Virus record (IMG/VR): IMGVR_UViG_3300031414_000012
Location: 1 to 64,000 of that record
Strand: one strand, 5' to 3'
Length of the DNA stretch: 64,000 bases
From: a virus
Shown here: positions 8,711-18,180 of the stretch, one piece after another
Layout of the letters: every line of letters starts with the position of its first letter
How positions within the stretch are numbered: the stretch's first letter is position 1
The notes under the pieces: generated by a model
What the model was told of the DNA's origin: nothing
Seen by the model: only the letters and a program-made list of their open reading frames with translations
Databases searched by the model: none
Position numbers and translations under genes: made by a program

Positions 8711-9586
8711 ATGGGTAAGTATAACAAACCATCTGATGTTCTGGTTATCGACCTTATCAACGAAACCAACACGGATTCAAGCACCAACGTTAGCATCAAC
8801 ATCAACAGCAGCCAGGTTGTATTTGGTAAACCAGCTGTAGTGGAAGCAGCCGAAGGTGTTGACTGGAACACACAACTGCGCGTCACCGCCACACGAAGCT
8901 CACCATACGTCGGTAGCGTAGATCTGCTGTACAACCGTCTGAACATTACCAAACTGTTCAAAAATATCGCTGTCAACCTCGACGTTAAAGGCGCGACTAA
9001 AACCAGCGACCTGCTGGCTCGCCTGAATGCGCGTTATGGTCTGAGCATCGACGAGACCGAAGTTGTCGAAAATACCGTGGCTACTCGCGATGAAGATCAT
9101 CCGGTTGTTAGCCACACCATCGTCATTGCTGACACGTCCTTGACCTACACCGGTTCACTGGACGTCACCATCGGTGAAGATGCTGATGTCGGTGAGCGAC
9201 TGAACCTGGTCATCACCAAACCTAAGCTGGACGGCCTGCATTACCCGGTAGACGATACTGAGAAAGGCCAAGCGTACATCTACTCCTATGGCGTAGACTG
9301 CAACGCAATCCGTACCTTCCTCCAGACTCTGGCTGCCGGTGTAGCTGTGGATGACACCGCACTGGCGAAAGAGCTGAACAAGGTTGTTCCTGAGCTGTGG
9401 GTTGCTGACTCTACTCAGGCACTGGACTACAACGTCAATGGTGCTAAGGTGATCTATGCTGGCGCTACCAGCGATCCGTCTGCTGCTGACGCTAACACCG
9501 CGTACAGCCAGGTAGTGATCATCAGCCTGGATGACACTAAGTGCTCCAACTTCGCTGGCGATCTTTACCTGCACTTCAACGCGTAA
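8711..9586 (+). CDS. Virion structural protein, paralog array member 3
   Basis: 291 aa; LYNRLN, LNARYGL, SLTYTG, LDGLHYP, GDLYLHFN; strong codon bias. Confidence 0.8.
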   Translation: MGKYNKPSDVLVIDLINETNTDSSTNVSININSSQVVFGKPAVVEAAEGVDWNTQLRVTATRSSPYVGSVDLLYNRLNITKLFKNIAVNLDVKGATKTSDLLARLNARYGLSIDETEVVENTVATRDEDHPVVSHTIVIADTSLTYTGSLDVTIGEDADVGERLNLVITKPKLDGLHYPVDDTEKGQAYIYSYGVDCNAIRTFLQTLAAGVAVDDTALAKELNKVVPELWVADSTQALDYNVNGAKVIYAGATSDPSAADANTAYSQVVIISLDDTKCSNFAGDLYLHFNA

Positions 9587-9591
9587 TTGCA

Positions 9592-9611
9592 AAGGGGACT
9601 TCGGTCCCCTT
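9592..9611 (+). promoter_or_regulatory. Intra-operon UUCG hairpin (stabiliser or weak terminator)
   Basis: AAGGGGAC-TTCG-GTCCCCTT without a U tract; the same 20-mer occurs at 42140-42159. Confidence 0.65.
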
Positions 9612-9624
9612 AAAGGGGTAACGA

Positions 9625-10422
9625 ATGCCTATTTACAATAAGTCACCCTTGGGTTTATTGTGCGATGAGATCAATGCCCGCCAGAACCCAAAACTGCCCC
9701 TGTCCCCGACCAATGTACGTGTTCGTAAAGTTGAGGTACTCTCAACGCGGGATATCACAAAGCCCAATGCTAAAGTTACATTGGTGGGCAGACAATCACA
9801 TGGTGTTACCGGGGAATTGACAGTACTTGTCCGCCGTATTGCGCTGGCCACTCTGTTCAAAAACCTGAAGCCGATTGTGGTTGCTTCGCGTAATATCACG
9901 TACGCAGAGGCAGCGCGCCTGTTAAATATCCAATATGGATTAAACCTCGATCCTGCCGATTTCGCGGATGATCAATACACAGGTCGCCCTAACTTCAACC
10001 TGACACCTGGTGCTAAATCTTTACAGTACTATGGGTCGGTGACGGTTAAGATCGTCGATATGATCAAGGATCTGGCTTATCTGCGTTCTCTGCAATTGGA
10101 TGAGCGTTCACATCCAATCAAGGTTGATGGTCGCAAGTGTATCGACATGCTTTCATGGGGTTGGGACAGCACTGATATTCGGTCGTACATTACGGCAGTG
10201 CCTGCGGGTAAACTGTCCAACACCACAGCTGTGGTTGACCTACTCGATCAACTGAAGTCGACCTTCGGCATCACGATCGGTGTGACGGGCGCGACTATTC
10301 GCCACTACACGCTCACGAGTCAGTTAGCCACATCGAATCGGATTTATGACCGCGTGAGTGTTATCTCGGGCATTGATGACCCGAACTACGCCGGCACCAT
10401 GTATCTTCACTATAACGTGTAG
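9625..10422 (+). CDS. Virion structural protein, paralog array member 4
   Basis: 265 aa; LNIQYGL, SLQYYG, SWGWD, GTMYLHYN. Confidence 0.8.
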   Translation: MPIYNKSPLGLLCDEINARQNPKLPLSPTNVRVRKVEVLSTRDITKPNAKVTLVGRQSHGVTGELTVLVRRIALATLFKNLKPIVVASRNITYAEAARLLNIQYGLNLDPADFADDQYTGRPNFNLTPGAKSLQYYGSVTVKIVDMIKDLAYLRSLQLDERSHPIKVDGRKCIDMLSWGWDSTDIRSYITAVPAGKLSNTTAVVDLLDQLKSTFGITIGVTGATIRHYTLTSQLATSNRIYDRVSVISGIDDPNYAGTMYLHYNV

Positions 10423-10432
10423 GAGAGGCGTC

Positions 10433-11302
10433 ATGCCACTTTATACTGATATCAAAACAGCGTTGATCAACAACCTTAACCAGCTCAACGGGGCCACTGT
10501 TAAGGTTGCAGAGTTAACGTTTTCCAAACCACAGGCCACTAATGGCAAGTGGAACGGCAAAGACGTCACTCAGAACACGGCCGTTCGCATTACTGCCACC
10601 GCTGGTGCATCATGGACTGGTACAACCGTCCTTCTTTATAACCGTCTGAAGTTGAGTGACCTCGGAACACTGATCGGTAATGTTGTCCGCGTTAGTAATG
10701 TCGACACGATCTGGAAACTGATTAGTGCGCTCAACTCGTTCTATGGTCTTACCTTAGACCAAAATGATTTTGCGGATGGCGCGATTGCGATCAACTCTGA
10801 CGGTACGGGTAGCGTCGATTTAACCGCGCTAGAAACGAGCCTGGGGTGGACCGGTACGTGGTCACTCAACATCATGAAAGGCGATGCTAACCTACCTGAC
10901 TCCGTAAGCAACACCAATCTGTCTGGCCTGAATTATCCGGTGTCCGAAGATACCAGTAAGCGCCTTGCGCAGTCTGTGTTCTACGGTTCTGATTTCACCG
11001 ATGTCTACGACACTGTGAAAACATACGCGGTTGGTAAAGTTATGGATGACGATTTCCTGGCCATCATTAACAATCACCAGATGTACAATCAGACCACCAA
11101 GTGGTTTAACAACCAGACAGCAGCAGCCAACAACCTCAGTGGAGCAACTATTGTCTCGAATGGTTTGGCCGCTGGCGTTGAGTACGCCAACTCTGAGCGC
11201 TACAAGTACGTTATCGTGTTGCGTCCGTCGAGCCTCACCACGAACATCCGTGGCGACTTCCTGTTGCACTATAACGAACCACTTGACCCGTCTGGGGTCT
11301 AA
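10433..11302 (+). CDS. Virion structural protein, paralog array member 5 (start MPLYTD)
   Basis: AGGAG RBS before ATG at 10433; LYNRL, LNSFYGL, LSGLNYP, GDFLLHYN. Confidence 0.8.
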   Translation: MPLYTDIKTALINNLNQLNGATVKVAELTFSKPQATNGKWNGKDVTQNTAVRITATAGASWTGTTVLLYNRLKLSDLGTLIGNVVRVSNVDTIWKLISALNSFYGLTLDQNDFADGAIAINSDGTGSVDLTALETSLGWTGTWSLNIMKGDANLPDSVSNTNLSGLNYPVSEDTSKRLAQSVFYGSDFTDVYDTVKTYAVGKVMDDDFLAIINNHQMYNQTTKWFNNQTAAANNLSGATIVSNGLAAGVEYANSERYKYVIVLRPSSLTTNIRGDFLLHYNEPLDPSGV

Positions 11303-11313
11303 TAGGAGTTGTA

Positions 11314-12159
11314 ATGTTCTACTCAAAAAACTCCAAGGAGTTGGTCTACGATCTCATTGCGCAGGCTAACCCAAACATCCAACCCGCACTGACCAGTAGT
11401 AATAGCATCATCGAAGCCATTACTGCTATCACTCCAGCAGCAGCAAACGGCATGCACAACACGCAGGCCCGTGTCCGTGCAATACAAGGCAATGGCTATA
11501 GTGGTTCGTTTATCGTTTACTATAACCGAATCGCCTTGCAGCAGATCATCCCTGTGAACGATTGGTGGGCCGGTTATCAGAACGTCCGAATCGATAGTTA
11601 CTCTGCGGCAACTACACACGCATTGCTGCCCCTGATTGCAGCGCGTTACGGTGTGCTGTTGAGTACCTGGGACGTGAGCAACCAGTCTCTGAGTTACCCT
11701 AACCGGGCAGACCAGACTGAGCGCGCTGGTATGTCAGCACAGGCCACATCCCCGGCATACATTGGTAGCCTGATCTTTGCAATTTATCGTGGTAAGCCAA
11801 CGCTGGAAGAGCAGGCATCATTGACTAGTCTGTCACAGTACCTACACTTCGACGGTACTGCTGACAGCATCGCGGCTGGAATGAAATCGGCTGGCCTGTG
11901 TACCTGGGGCCTCGACTTGACCGATAACAAAACGATGGTCAATACCGTAAGTGCGGTCATCGGAAACTGGGACGCGCTGATGACAGTGCTGGGTAACTTT
12001 GGGGTACCGCCGATGGATAAACCAACATCCAACCAGGTCGGTGTTGTCCGCGCCAACGGCAACCAGTATGCAAACCCCAACTACGATTACGTCACGATCA
12101 TCACTGGCTTGACGGGTACCAACATCCAGGGCACGGCCTATTTACATTTTAACAATTAA
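11314..12159 (+). CDS. Virion structural protein, paralog array member 6
   Basis: 281 aa; YYNRI, TWGLDLT, GTAYLHFN. Confidence 0.8.
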   Translation: MFYSKNSKELVYDLIAQANPNIQPALTSSNSIIEAITAITPAAANGMHNTQARVRAIQGNGYSGSFIVYYNRIALQQIIPVNDWWAGYQNVRIDSYSAATTHALLPLIAARYGVLLSTWDVSNQSLSYPNRADQTERAGMSAQATSPAYIGSLIFAIYRGKPTLEEQASLTSLSQYLHFDGTADSIAAGMKSAGLCTWGLDLTDNKTMVNTVSAVIGNWDALMTVLGNFGVPPMDKPTSNQVGVVRANGNQYANPNYDYVTIITGLTGTNIQGTAYLHFNN

Positions 12160-12169
12160 GGGGTAGACG

Positions 12170-13075
12170 ATGTCTGGTCTCTATCAGAAAGCGTCCCTTG
12201 ATCTTCTCTACGATTTGATCAACAGGGACAACCCAAACCTACCATACAAGGTGTCAGCTGACACCTTTGTTCTCCATTCGGGGCCTGTAGTAAAAGACCC
12301 TACTGCCAATAACGGTCGCAATACCCAAGTGGTAATGCGCGGTATTCAGGGGAATGGATATCGTGGCTTAGTAACCTTTAACTATAACCGAATCGACTTT
12401 GGGCAATTGTTTAAAGATATCGAGGTTGTTGTTACTCACTACACAGCTAGTAATTTCTACGGCCTCATTACCATGTTCAACTCGGTGTATGGGTTAGCGG
12501 TAACTACCGATGAGATGAACAACCAGAGCTGGACCAACAGCGCGGCGGCAACTACATACACGGGTGCTAATACTGTTGGCGTTAAAAGTACCACAGCCTC
12601 GCTGGCATTCATCGGTAGCATTCCCAAGTTCACCTGGAAACGCGGCAACCCTAGCCTGGAGACATTGATCTCCAAGTCTGAATCCACGTTACCAGTGATT
12701 GGTACGCCAGCGGCGAATACCTTCGATTTCTCTTTGATGTATCGTGGGATGGATTTTACGGAGATCAAGCAGGATATCTTAAACGCGTATAGTAGTCAGA
12801 CAGCGGCCGCGTACCAGGCACTGGCCGCTGCTATGAAGCGTTTAACTGGTCACAACTGGCAGTATAACAACAGCCAGAACCAGCCGTTTAACATCTACGG
12901 TTGTAGTTTATACCTTACGGCAGTGCCTGGCGGTACGTCTAATGACGCGGCAGATCAATACTACACTGACTGTACGTACATCACCCGCATTGCCTTAAAC
13001 ACTTCGTTTTGTAATAACACCGCGCAATTGGGCAACGGTTGGGGCACGTTCGTAATTCTCCCATACAACAACTAA
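12170..13075 (+). CDS. Virion structural protein, paralog array member 7
   Basis: 301 aa; NYNRID, FNSVYGL, SLAFIG, YRGMDFT. Confidence 0.8.
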   Translation: MSGLYQKASLDLLYDLINRDNPNLPYKVSADTFVLHSGPVVKDPTANNGRNTQVVMRGIQGNGYRGLVTFNYNRIDFGQLFKDIEVVVTHYTASNFYGLITMFNSVYGLAVTTDEMNNQSWTNSAAATTYTGANTVGVKSTTASLAFIGSIPKFTWKRGNPSLETLISKSESTLPVIGTPAANTFDFSLMYRGMDFTEIKQDILNAYSSQTAAAYQALAAAMKRLTGHNWQYNNSQNQPFNIYGCSLYLTAVPGGTSNDAADQYYTDCTYITRIALNTSFCNNTAQLGNGWGTFVILPYNN

Positions 13076-13084
13076 GGAACACCC

Positions 13085-13987
13085 ATGTTAAATCGTAACT
13101 ATTGGGGCAACCAGTTCCTTCTGCGGTTGCTCGCTAACGTGTCATCTATCAACGGGATGTCAACGATGACACCGGATAATGTCATCGTATCCAAACCGTC
13201 AGTGTTGTCTGGAACCTGGCATTCTGCCACTACCAAGAAAAACACGGCTATTCGTGTGACTGGGCGTGACGGTGGCGTCTTTACAGGCACTAACTATATT
13301 CTCTATGATCGCGAGAGTATGGGCAAGTACGTCACCGCTAAGCAAGACTATGCGTCTAAGCCTATGTTGGTCCCTGCTATCACCAAGAAGTCTCAACTGG
13401 TGCCATTCCTGAACATCTACTTTGGTTTGGGTTTGTCTACTGACGAGATTATCGAAGGCGATGTTACACCACCGACTGATGGTTCCGTCTTTACCGTTCG
13501 TATCAATCCAATTGCAAACAACTACCAATACAATGAAGGTTACGACTTCATTTGTAAAGTGGGTGGTTACGTTGCGTCTGATACGGTAAAGACAACTGAT
13601 CTGTCTGGGCTTAACTACCCCTCGGCAGATCTTACAGCTTCTCAAGCTTATGCGGCGAGCTATCCATTTAGCTTCACCAAAGAGTTTGGCACCCTGTCGA
13701 AGCTGACGGTTCAATCCGAGGTAGATTCCGCCCTGATGAAGTCAATCAACAACGTCATGGGCACGAAGTTCACAATGGAAGCGGGCGACTACAGTCTGTC
13801 TGGTGCGACAATTACTTACGCTGCTCTTAACAGTAGCGCGGTAGCCGCAAACCCGGCATACAAGTACGTTGTCACCATCAAGCTTTCTACGGACTCCGTT
13901 AAAATGCGCGGTACACTGATCCTTCAGTTCAATGAACCGTTTGATGTCACCTTACCGCCAGCTGATGGCGAAGTCATTCCGGGGTAA
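13085..13987 (+). CDS. Virion structural protein, paralog array member 8
   Basis: 300 aa; NTAIRVTG, LNIYFGL, LSGLNYP, GTLILQFN. Confidence 0.8.
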   Translation: MLNRNYWGNQFLLRLLANVSSINGMSTMTPDNVIVSKPSVLSGTWHSATTKKNTAIRVTGRDGGVFTGTNYILYDRESMGKYVTAKQDYASKPMLVPAITKKSQLVPFLNIYFGLGLSTDEIIEGDVTPPTDGSVFTVRINPIANNYQYNEGYDFICKVGGYVASDTVKTTDLSGLNYPSADLTASQAYAASYPFSFTKEFGTLSKLTVQSEVDSALMKSINNVMGTKFTMEAGDYSLSGATITYAALNSSAVAANPAYKYVVTIKLSTDSVKMRGTLILQFNEPFDVTLPPADGEVIPG

Positions 13988-13989
13988 TT

Positions 13990-14304
13990 ATGTATCCAGC
14001 TCATGTGTATGGTTATCAGTTTGATTTCAGCAACGAACGTAACCGTTTGAAGTTGATTAAAGAAGGCGACGAACCTTCTGTTGAGCAGATTACCTCTCTG
14101 CGTGTTATCACTGGAAACGATTGGCGTCTGGCCGGCGAGAGTGAGTACAGTCTCGATGGTGCGAAGATTACCTTCAACGGTAAGAACGAGCCGTGGATGC
14201 TGTCTAACTCCAACTACAATCGCTTAATGACAATTGAGTTGTCAGACAAGTGCATTGGCCTGGAAGGTACGCTGATTCTTCAGTACAACATGCCTACTGA
14301 ATAA
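13990..14304 (+). CDS. Stand-alone C-terminal domain of the paralog family
   Basis: 104 aa; YGYQFDFS, YSLDGAKITF and GTLILQYN match the C-halves of the upstream paralogs. Confidence 0.75.
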   Translation: MYPAHVYGYQFDFSNERNRLKLIKEGDEPSVEQITSLRVITGNDWRLAGESEYSLDGAKITFNGKNEPWMLSNSNYNRLMTIELSDKCIGLEGTLILQYNMPTE

Positions 14305-14309
14305 GCAAA

Positions 14310-14370
14310 AAAAAAATAAGCATAAGAGTCCTCCTACCCAAATGGGTAGGAGGCTCTGTTTATGCCGTTA
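14310..14370. terminator. Bidirectional terminator, exact 61-bp repeat copy 2
   Basis: Identical to 3171-3231; lies between convergent genes. Confidence 0.9.
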
Positions 14371-14814
14371 GTCGAAGAGTGAAGCGAAGTATGTGTGATT
14401 CAGCTCAAGCGTTTCATCTTCTTGTTTGGCGGCATACGCCACGTTCAGGATACGCTTAGCTTCCTTAGCAACCACAGCGCGTAACGCAATATCGTCGATG
14501 CGATCAATGAAGTCCAGGTGCTTGCGGTTTTCACGCTGGTCCAGATCTTCGACAGTTGCGTAGTATGCCAGGGCTACGGCCAGGGCTTCACGCAGTCCTT
14601 TGTCAATGCGTCCTTCTGAGTCGTACAGCGTTTCCATGGTCAGACCGTTGGCCACCATTGCAAACGACTTGTAGACAACAGCGCCGGCTGCTTCTTTGAC
14701 GTCCTCAACTGCTTCGCCACTTACGATCCAGTTATACATTTTGACCGCTGCCACGCCAGCACCAGTCAGTGCGATACCAGTAGCTACACCAATAGTGAAA
14801 TCTTTCATGTTCAT
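14368..14814 (-). CDS. Membrane-anchored hypothetical protein (start MNMKDF)
   Basis: AAGGA RBS; N-terminal IGVATGIALTGAGVAAV helix. Confidence 0.7.
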   Translation of the reverse strand: MNMKDFTIGVATGIALTGAGVAAVKMYNWIVSGEAVEDVKEAAGAVVYKSFAMVANGLTMETLYDSEGRIDKGLREALAVALAYYATVEDLDQRENRKHLDFIDRIDDIALRAVVAKEAKRILNVAYAAKQEDETLELNHTYFASLFD

Positions 14815-14857
14815 GTTTGTATTCCTTGTAGATAATGTTAACAACGTTTAGGGTTTA

Positions 14858-15079
14858 TTAATCTGAAGTGTTACCGAACAGCCAATCCATGGTGGATTTG
14901 GAGACTGCGCCAGCAACAGCAAATACAACGGTACAGGCAATCAGACGAGCCAGGATTTCAGTACGTTTCTCTGACTCTTCTTCACGGCAGCTTTCAGCTA
15001 CCACATCCTGAGCGATGTAAGCAGCGGTGGCAGCTGTGACGATACCAAGACCTTCAGCGAGCGATTTGATCAACGACAT
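14858..15079 (-). CDS. Small hydrophobic hairpin protein, first gene after early promoter
   Basis: 73 aa, GGAG RBS, two hydrophobic helices around an acidic loop. Confidence 0.7.
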   Translation of the reverse strand: MSLIKSLAEGLGIVTAATAAYIAQDVVAESCREEESEKRTEILARLIACTVVFAVAGAVSKSTMDWLFGNTSD

Positions 15080-15105
15080 AGCTTTTCTCCATTTAGATTC
15101 TGCTA

Positions 15106-15145
15106 ATTCACTCTAGTACTATATATCTGAAAATTTATTGAAACG
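15106..15145 (-). promoter_or_regulatory. Early promoter, near copy of 6944-6983
   Basis: Minus strand CGTTTCAATAAATTTTCAGATATATAGTAC directly after a terminator. Confidence 0.7.
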
Positions 15146-15173
15146 GCATAAAACAAGGGACCGAAGTCCCTTG
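15145..15173 (-). terminator. Intrinsic terminator with UUCG loop
   Basis: CAAGGGAC-TTCG-GTCCCTTG followed by TTTTATGCC. Confidence 0.8.
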
Positions 15174-15178
15174 CTGGT

Positions 15179-15604
15179 TTACACCTTTTTGTTCAGAAAG
15201 CGTGCCATTGCACGACGATAGATCGCATGTGCTAAACCGGTCATCTTTGCCAGACGATTTTCAACGTACAGCGAAATGACGTCTACCACTTTCTCATCGT
15301 TCTGATAGATGATAAAGGTATGGCCTTGCAGTTCTACTGTAGCACGAATGATGCCGTCGGTAGAATGACGCAGTGTTTCAATTGGCGCGCCAATCGCTTT
15401 AAAGCGACGAGCCACTTCAGGAATTAACACGCCATCACTGTTAACTACAGCGTGCGGGTAACGCGTACGATAGGCTTCGAAGACTTCAGCAACCAGGCTA
15501 TCGTCTACGCCACGACGTGCGCGTTCCTGTACAAACTCCCATGCCTCAAACGGCGTTACCACCATCTTCTTGGCCAAGACGCTAGTCAGGTTCTCAAACT
15601 TCAT
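15179..15604 (-). CDS. Hypothetical protein
   Basis: 141 aa, short overlap with the upstream gene. Confidence 0.7.
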   Translation of the reverse strand: MKFENLTSVLAKKMVVTPFEAWEFVQERARRGVDDSLVAEVFEAYRTRYPHAVVNSDGVLIPEVARRFKAIGAPIETLRHSTDGIIRATVELQGHTFIIYQNDEKVVDVISLYVENRLAKMTGLAHAIYRRAMARFLNKKV

Positions 15605-16496
15605 CTTTCTTTTCCTCTTCTTTAGGTAGAGCTTCGACCACCAAAGGGTCCCAGAGTGTGGTCAGCTGGCTGTCGAGAGCTGCTAACCTATAGTAGAATT
15701 TACGCCATGAAACGCGCAGCTCGGTAACGCTATCGACGCGGTTATACCGGCGATCAAAGTTATTGATGAAGTCCAGTAGATCGCTTTGTAACCGACGCAT
15801 TGTGGCTTCATCTTCATCGGTGTACGGTTGTGGACTATCATACTCACGCAGGGCTTTGAGGAGGGCACGTCCGGCTGCCTGTGCGGCGACGATACCGTCG
15901 GTTGTACGCATATCACCTTTCACATCTTTCGGATCAATCAGCTCACCGCTCGCTACCGCGCGCAGCCCTTCGATGAATTGCTCTTCAGTTATCATAGCCC
16001 GATGACTCGGAGAATGAGCTACAATTTCCTGCCCATACAACCGAAGAATAGTTTCTCCAGTTCCCCGTTGAAGTCGCTGGAATCTTTCACGGTACGTAGG
16101 CAGCTCGATGGTAAAGTTTTCTGGCAGTACGTCCGCATTAGCATACAACCAGTTTCTGATCGTGGCGTCGGAAACATACGAACCGTCATACGCAGGCGGC
16201 CACTCGATTGTTGGCGGCTTTGGGAATTGATCAGGATAGGTGCGATGGAACAGACCTTCATTCCTCCAACGGTCCATGAGCACTTGATGCTCCGGACCAC
16301 CAAAGTCGTACTCCGTTCGCCGTACTTGGTCATGAAGTCGCGACAGTTGGGCGTGTATCACCTCATGGAACGCAAAGAACGGATTGTTAGCCTGTGGGAA
16401 GGCACTACTAAATGCGCCGCCAGCATTAGATGACGCGTTAGCCATTATGTTTAATGTCTCTAAGGCTAATGCCAGGGCTGGATCTTTAATATACAT
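15594..16496 (-). CDS. Hypothetical protein
   Basis: 300 aa, AAGGA RBS. Confidence 0.7.
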   Translation of the reverse strand: MYIKDPALALALETLNIMANASSNAGGAFSSAFPQANNPFFAFHEVIHAQLSRLHDQVRRTEYDFGGPEHQVLMDRWRNEGLFHRTYPDQFPKPPTIEWPPAYDGSYVSDATIRNWLYANADVLPENFTIELPTYRERFQRLQRGTGETILRLYGQEIVAHSPSHRAMITEEQFIEGLRAVASGELIDPKDVKGDMRTTDGIVAAQAAGRALLKALREYDSPQPYTDEDEATMRRLQSDLLDFINNFDRRYNRVDSVTELRVSWRKFYYRLAALDSQLTTLWDPLVVEALPKEEEKKDEV

Positions 16497-16546
16497 GATT
16501 TTATTCCTTTTAAATAATCTACAGCATTAATGCCGTTAATATTTTA

Positions 16547-17443
16547 TTACCTATCAGGAAGATAAATATCTCCCTGTGCTTCATCCATACAGCCTACCAC
16601 AATAGCATTTAAAATTGGTTTCTTTATCTGTATTCCCAAGACATCCTCAGGGAACAGACTAGCAAACCACCTGTCGGCATTAATAGCATCAGTGCTCGCC
16701 CGCATAACGGAGACTATACAAATGTCCTCGTTATAAAGAGCAGCCACGTTACCGTATAGACCGACGTATTGTAGTCCACAATAGCGGTGCTTATTCCAAA
16801 GATAGCGTAGAACAGTATTTGTCCTCAAATGTGAGAACGCCAACCTAAGCTGTATCTCTAGTTCGCCATAACTACTGAATGAGGTAATGACGTATCGATC
16901 TAATGTCTTACAAAATTCACTAAGCTCAGCAATGTGCCTTGCAATGACATCTGTTTTTGTATTGGTTAAATCAGACAACGGCAGTCTTGCACGAATCGGC
17001 TTATTCTCAATCCATCTTGCAAACGCCTTTCGTTGTTTGTCCGCTAAGATCGGTCGAATGTCATATTCAACAGCGACGTGTGCATAAACTGCGCTCACAC
17101 TACTGTATAAGTCGGCCTTGGTCTTTGGGTCATCTACCGAAAGCATATTGTGGATAGACTCACCCACTTTGAACTTAGCGAAAGCGACTCTCACTCCAGT
17201 CTCCAAATACGTAGCGTAAGGGAACCACAAGCGATTGTTGTACACAACCACCCAATCCCCCGACCTAACGTTAAAAGCTCGCTGCTGTGCTTTAGAGAGC
17301 GTTATAACGTCATACCCGTCCTTAGTCCAAAGTTCCCATCCCCAAGATAACTTGGCGTGCAGCTTGCCAATGAAATCTCCTCTTCCATTTAACTTATTTG
17401 TACCATGGTTGTTTATCTCACCCACTAATCCCGGAATTAGCAT
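16547..17443 (-). CDS. Hypothetical protein, AT-richer than neighbours
   Basis: 298 aa, GAGG RBS, downstream of a TATATTAC promoter. Confidence 0.7.
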   Translation of the reverse strand: MLIPGLVGEINNHGTNKLNGRGDFIGKLHAKLSWGWELWTKDGYDVITLSKAQQRAFNVRSGDWVVVYNNRLWFPYATYLETGVRVAFAKFKVGESIHNMLSVDDPKTKADLYSSVSAVYAHVAVEYDIRPILADKQRKAFARWIENKPIRARLPLSDLTNTKTDVIARHIAELSEFCKTLDRYVITSFSSYGELEIQLRLAFSHLRTNTVLRYLWNKHRYCGLQYVGLYGNVAALYNEDICIVSVMRASTDAINADRWFASLFPEDVLGIQIKKPILNAIVVGCMDEAQGDIYLPDR

Positions 17444-17480
17444 TTTAGTGCCCTCATGTTTTGCAAGGTTAATTGCATGT

Positions 17481-17500
17481 GGGTAATATATATTTCAAAA
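17481..17500 (-). promoter_or_regulatory. Early promoter with exact TATATTAC
   Basis: Minus strand TTTTGAAATATATATTACCC directly after a terminator. Confidence 0.75.
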
Positions 17501-17501
17501 G

Positions 17502-17530
17502 GGCATAAAACCCTCTCCCGAAGGAGAGGG
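17502..17530 (-). terminator. Intrinsic terminator with UUCG loop
   Basis: CCCTCTCC-TTCG-GGAGAGGG-TTTTATGCC. Confidence 0.85.
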
Positions 17531-17536
17531 GTACAA

Positions 17537-18172
17537 TCAATCGATAAAGACACGAGGTTCGTAGAACTTACCACTGATGGCAGGCTTTGGCAGGATGCCA
17601 TAGGGACCTGGTACAAAGAAGTCTGAAAAGATACCAGCCTTGTACGGCGTGTATACCCATGCCCTTTTAATGCGACCACTCTGTCGATCTAATACATCAA
17701 CTTTCGTGATCACTTTATAGATGGCACCGTTGTACCCAAAGCAGTAGAAGTAGTTGTGGCCAGTGTTAACCGAACTGGGATCTTTACAGAACCCGATCTC
17801 CAGATGTCGTTCAGTTTGGTTAGCTCTTGCTAACACGTTATTTTGACGGAGAAACTCCCAGTATTCATCGATCCCTAATGAACGAACAATAGATTCCTGA
17901 TCGCGGAAATAGTTGTCGGCACGAATAAACACAACCGTGGTTCCTTCAGCCTCTGCATCAGCCTTCAGACTGAGGTAGTGTGGGTAGGCTAAATTAAACG
18001 ATGGTTCGTCGTGCTTGTAATTTCCATTGAGTAGGATGACTTTTGTTGCGGGCATGGCTTCGTACAGATCACGAATCTCCACACCCTTGAAGGTTGGTGG
18101 TTTATTGAACGCACAACCAGGTAAGAACGTTAGAGACAGTAGAACGAACAAAGCCATACATCGTTTAAACAT
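17537..18172 (-). CDS. Putative lipoprotein
   Basis: Signal peptide with lipobox-like FLPGC at Cys20; AGGAGG RBS. Confidence 0.7.
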   Translation of the reverse strand: MFKRCMALFVLLSLTFLPGCAFNKPPTFKGVEIRDLYEAMPATKVILLNGNYKHDEPSFNLAYPHYLSLKADAEAEGTTVVFIRADNYFRDQESIVRSLGIDEYWEFLRQNNVLARANQTERHLEIGFCKDPSSVNTGHNYFYCFGYNGAIYKVITKVDVLDRQSGRIKRAWVYTPYKAGIFSDFFVPGPYGILPKPAISGKFYEPRVFID

Positions 18173-18180
18173 ATCACCTC

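Noticed and set aside
13985-13992. Programmed frameshift or readthrough joining paralog 8 to the 104-aa ORF
   Set aside because: Paralog 8 already has a complete C-terminal domain, there is no slippery heptamer, and the next ORF has its own ATG
7044-14304. Diversity-generating retroelement or invertase shufflon acting on the paralogs
   Set aside because: No near-identical TR/VR pair, RT, site-specific recombinase or inverted crossover sites seen; all genes are co-oriented and highly diverged
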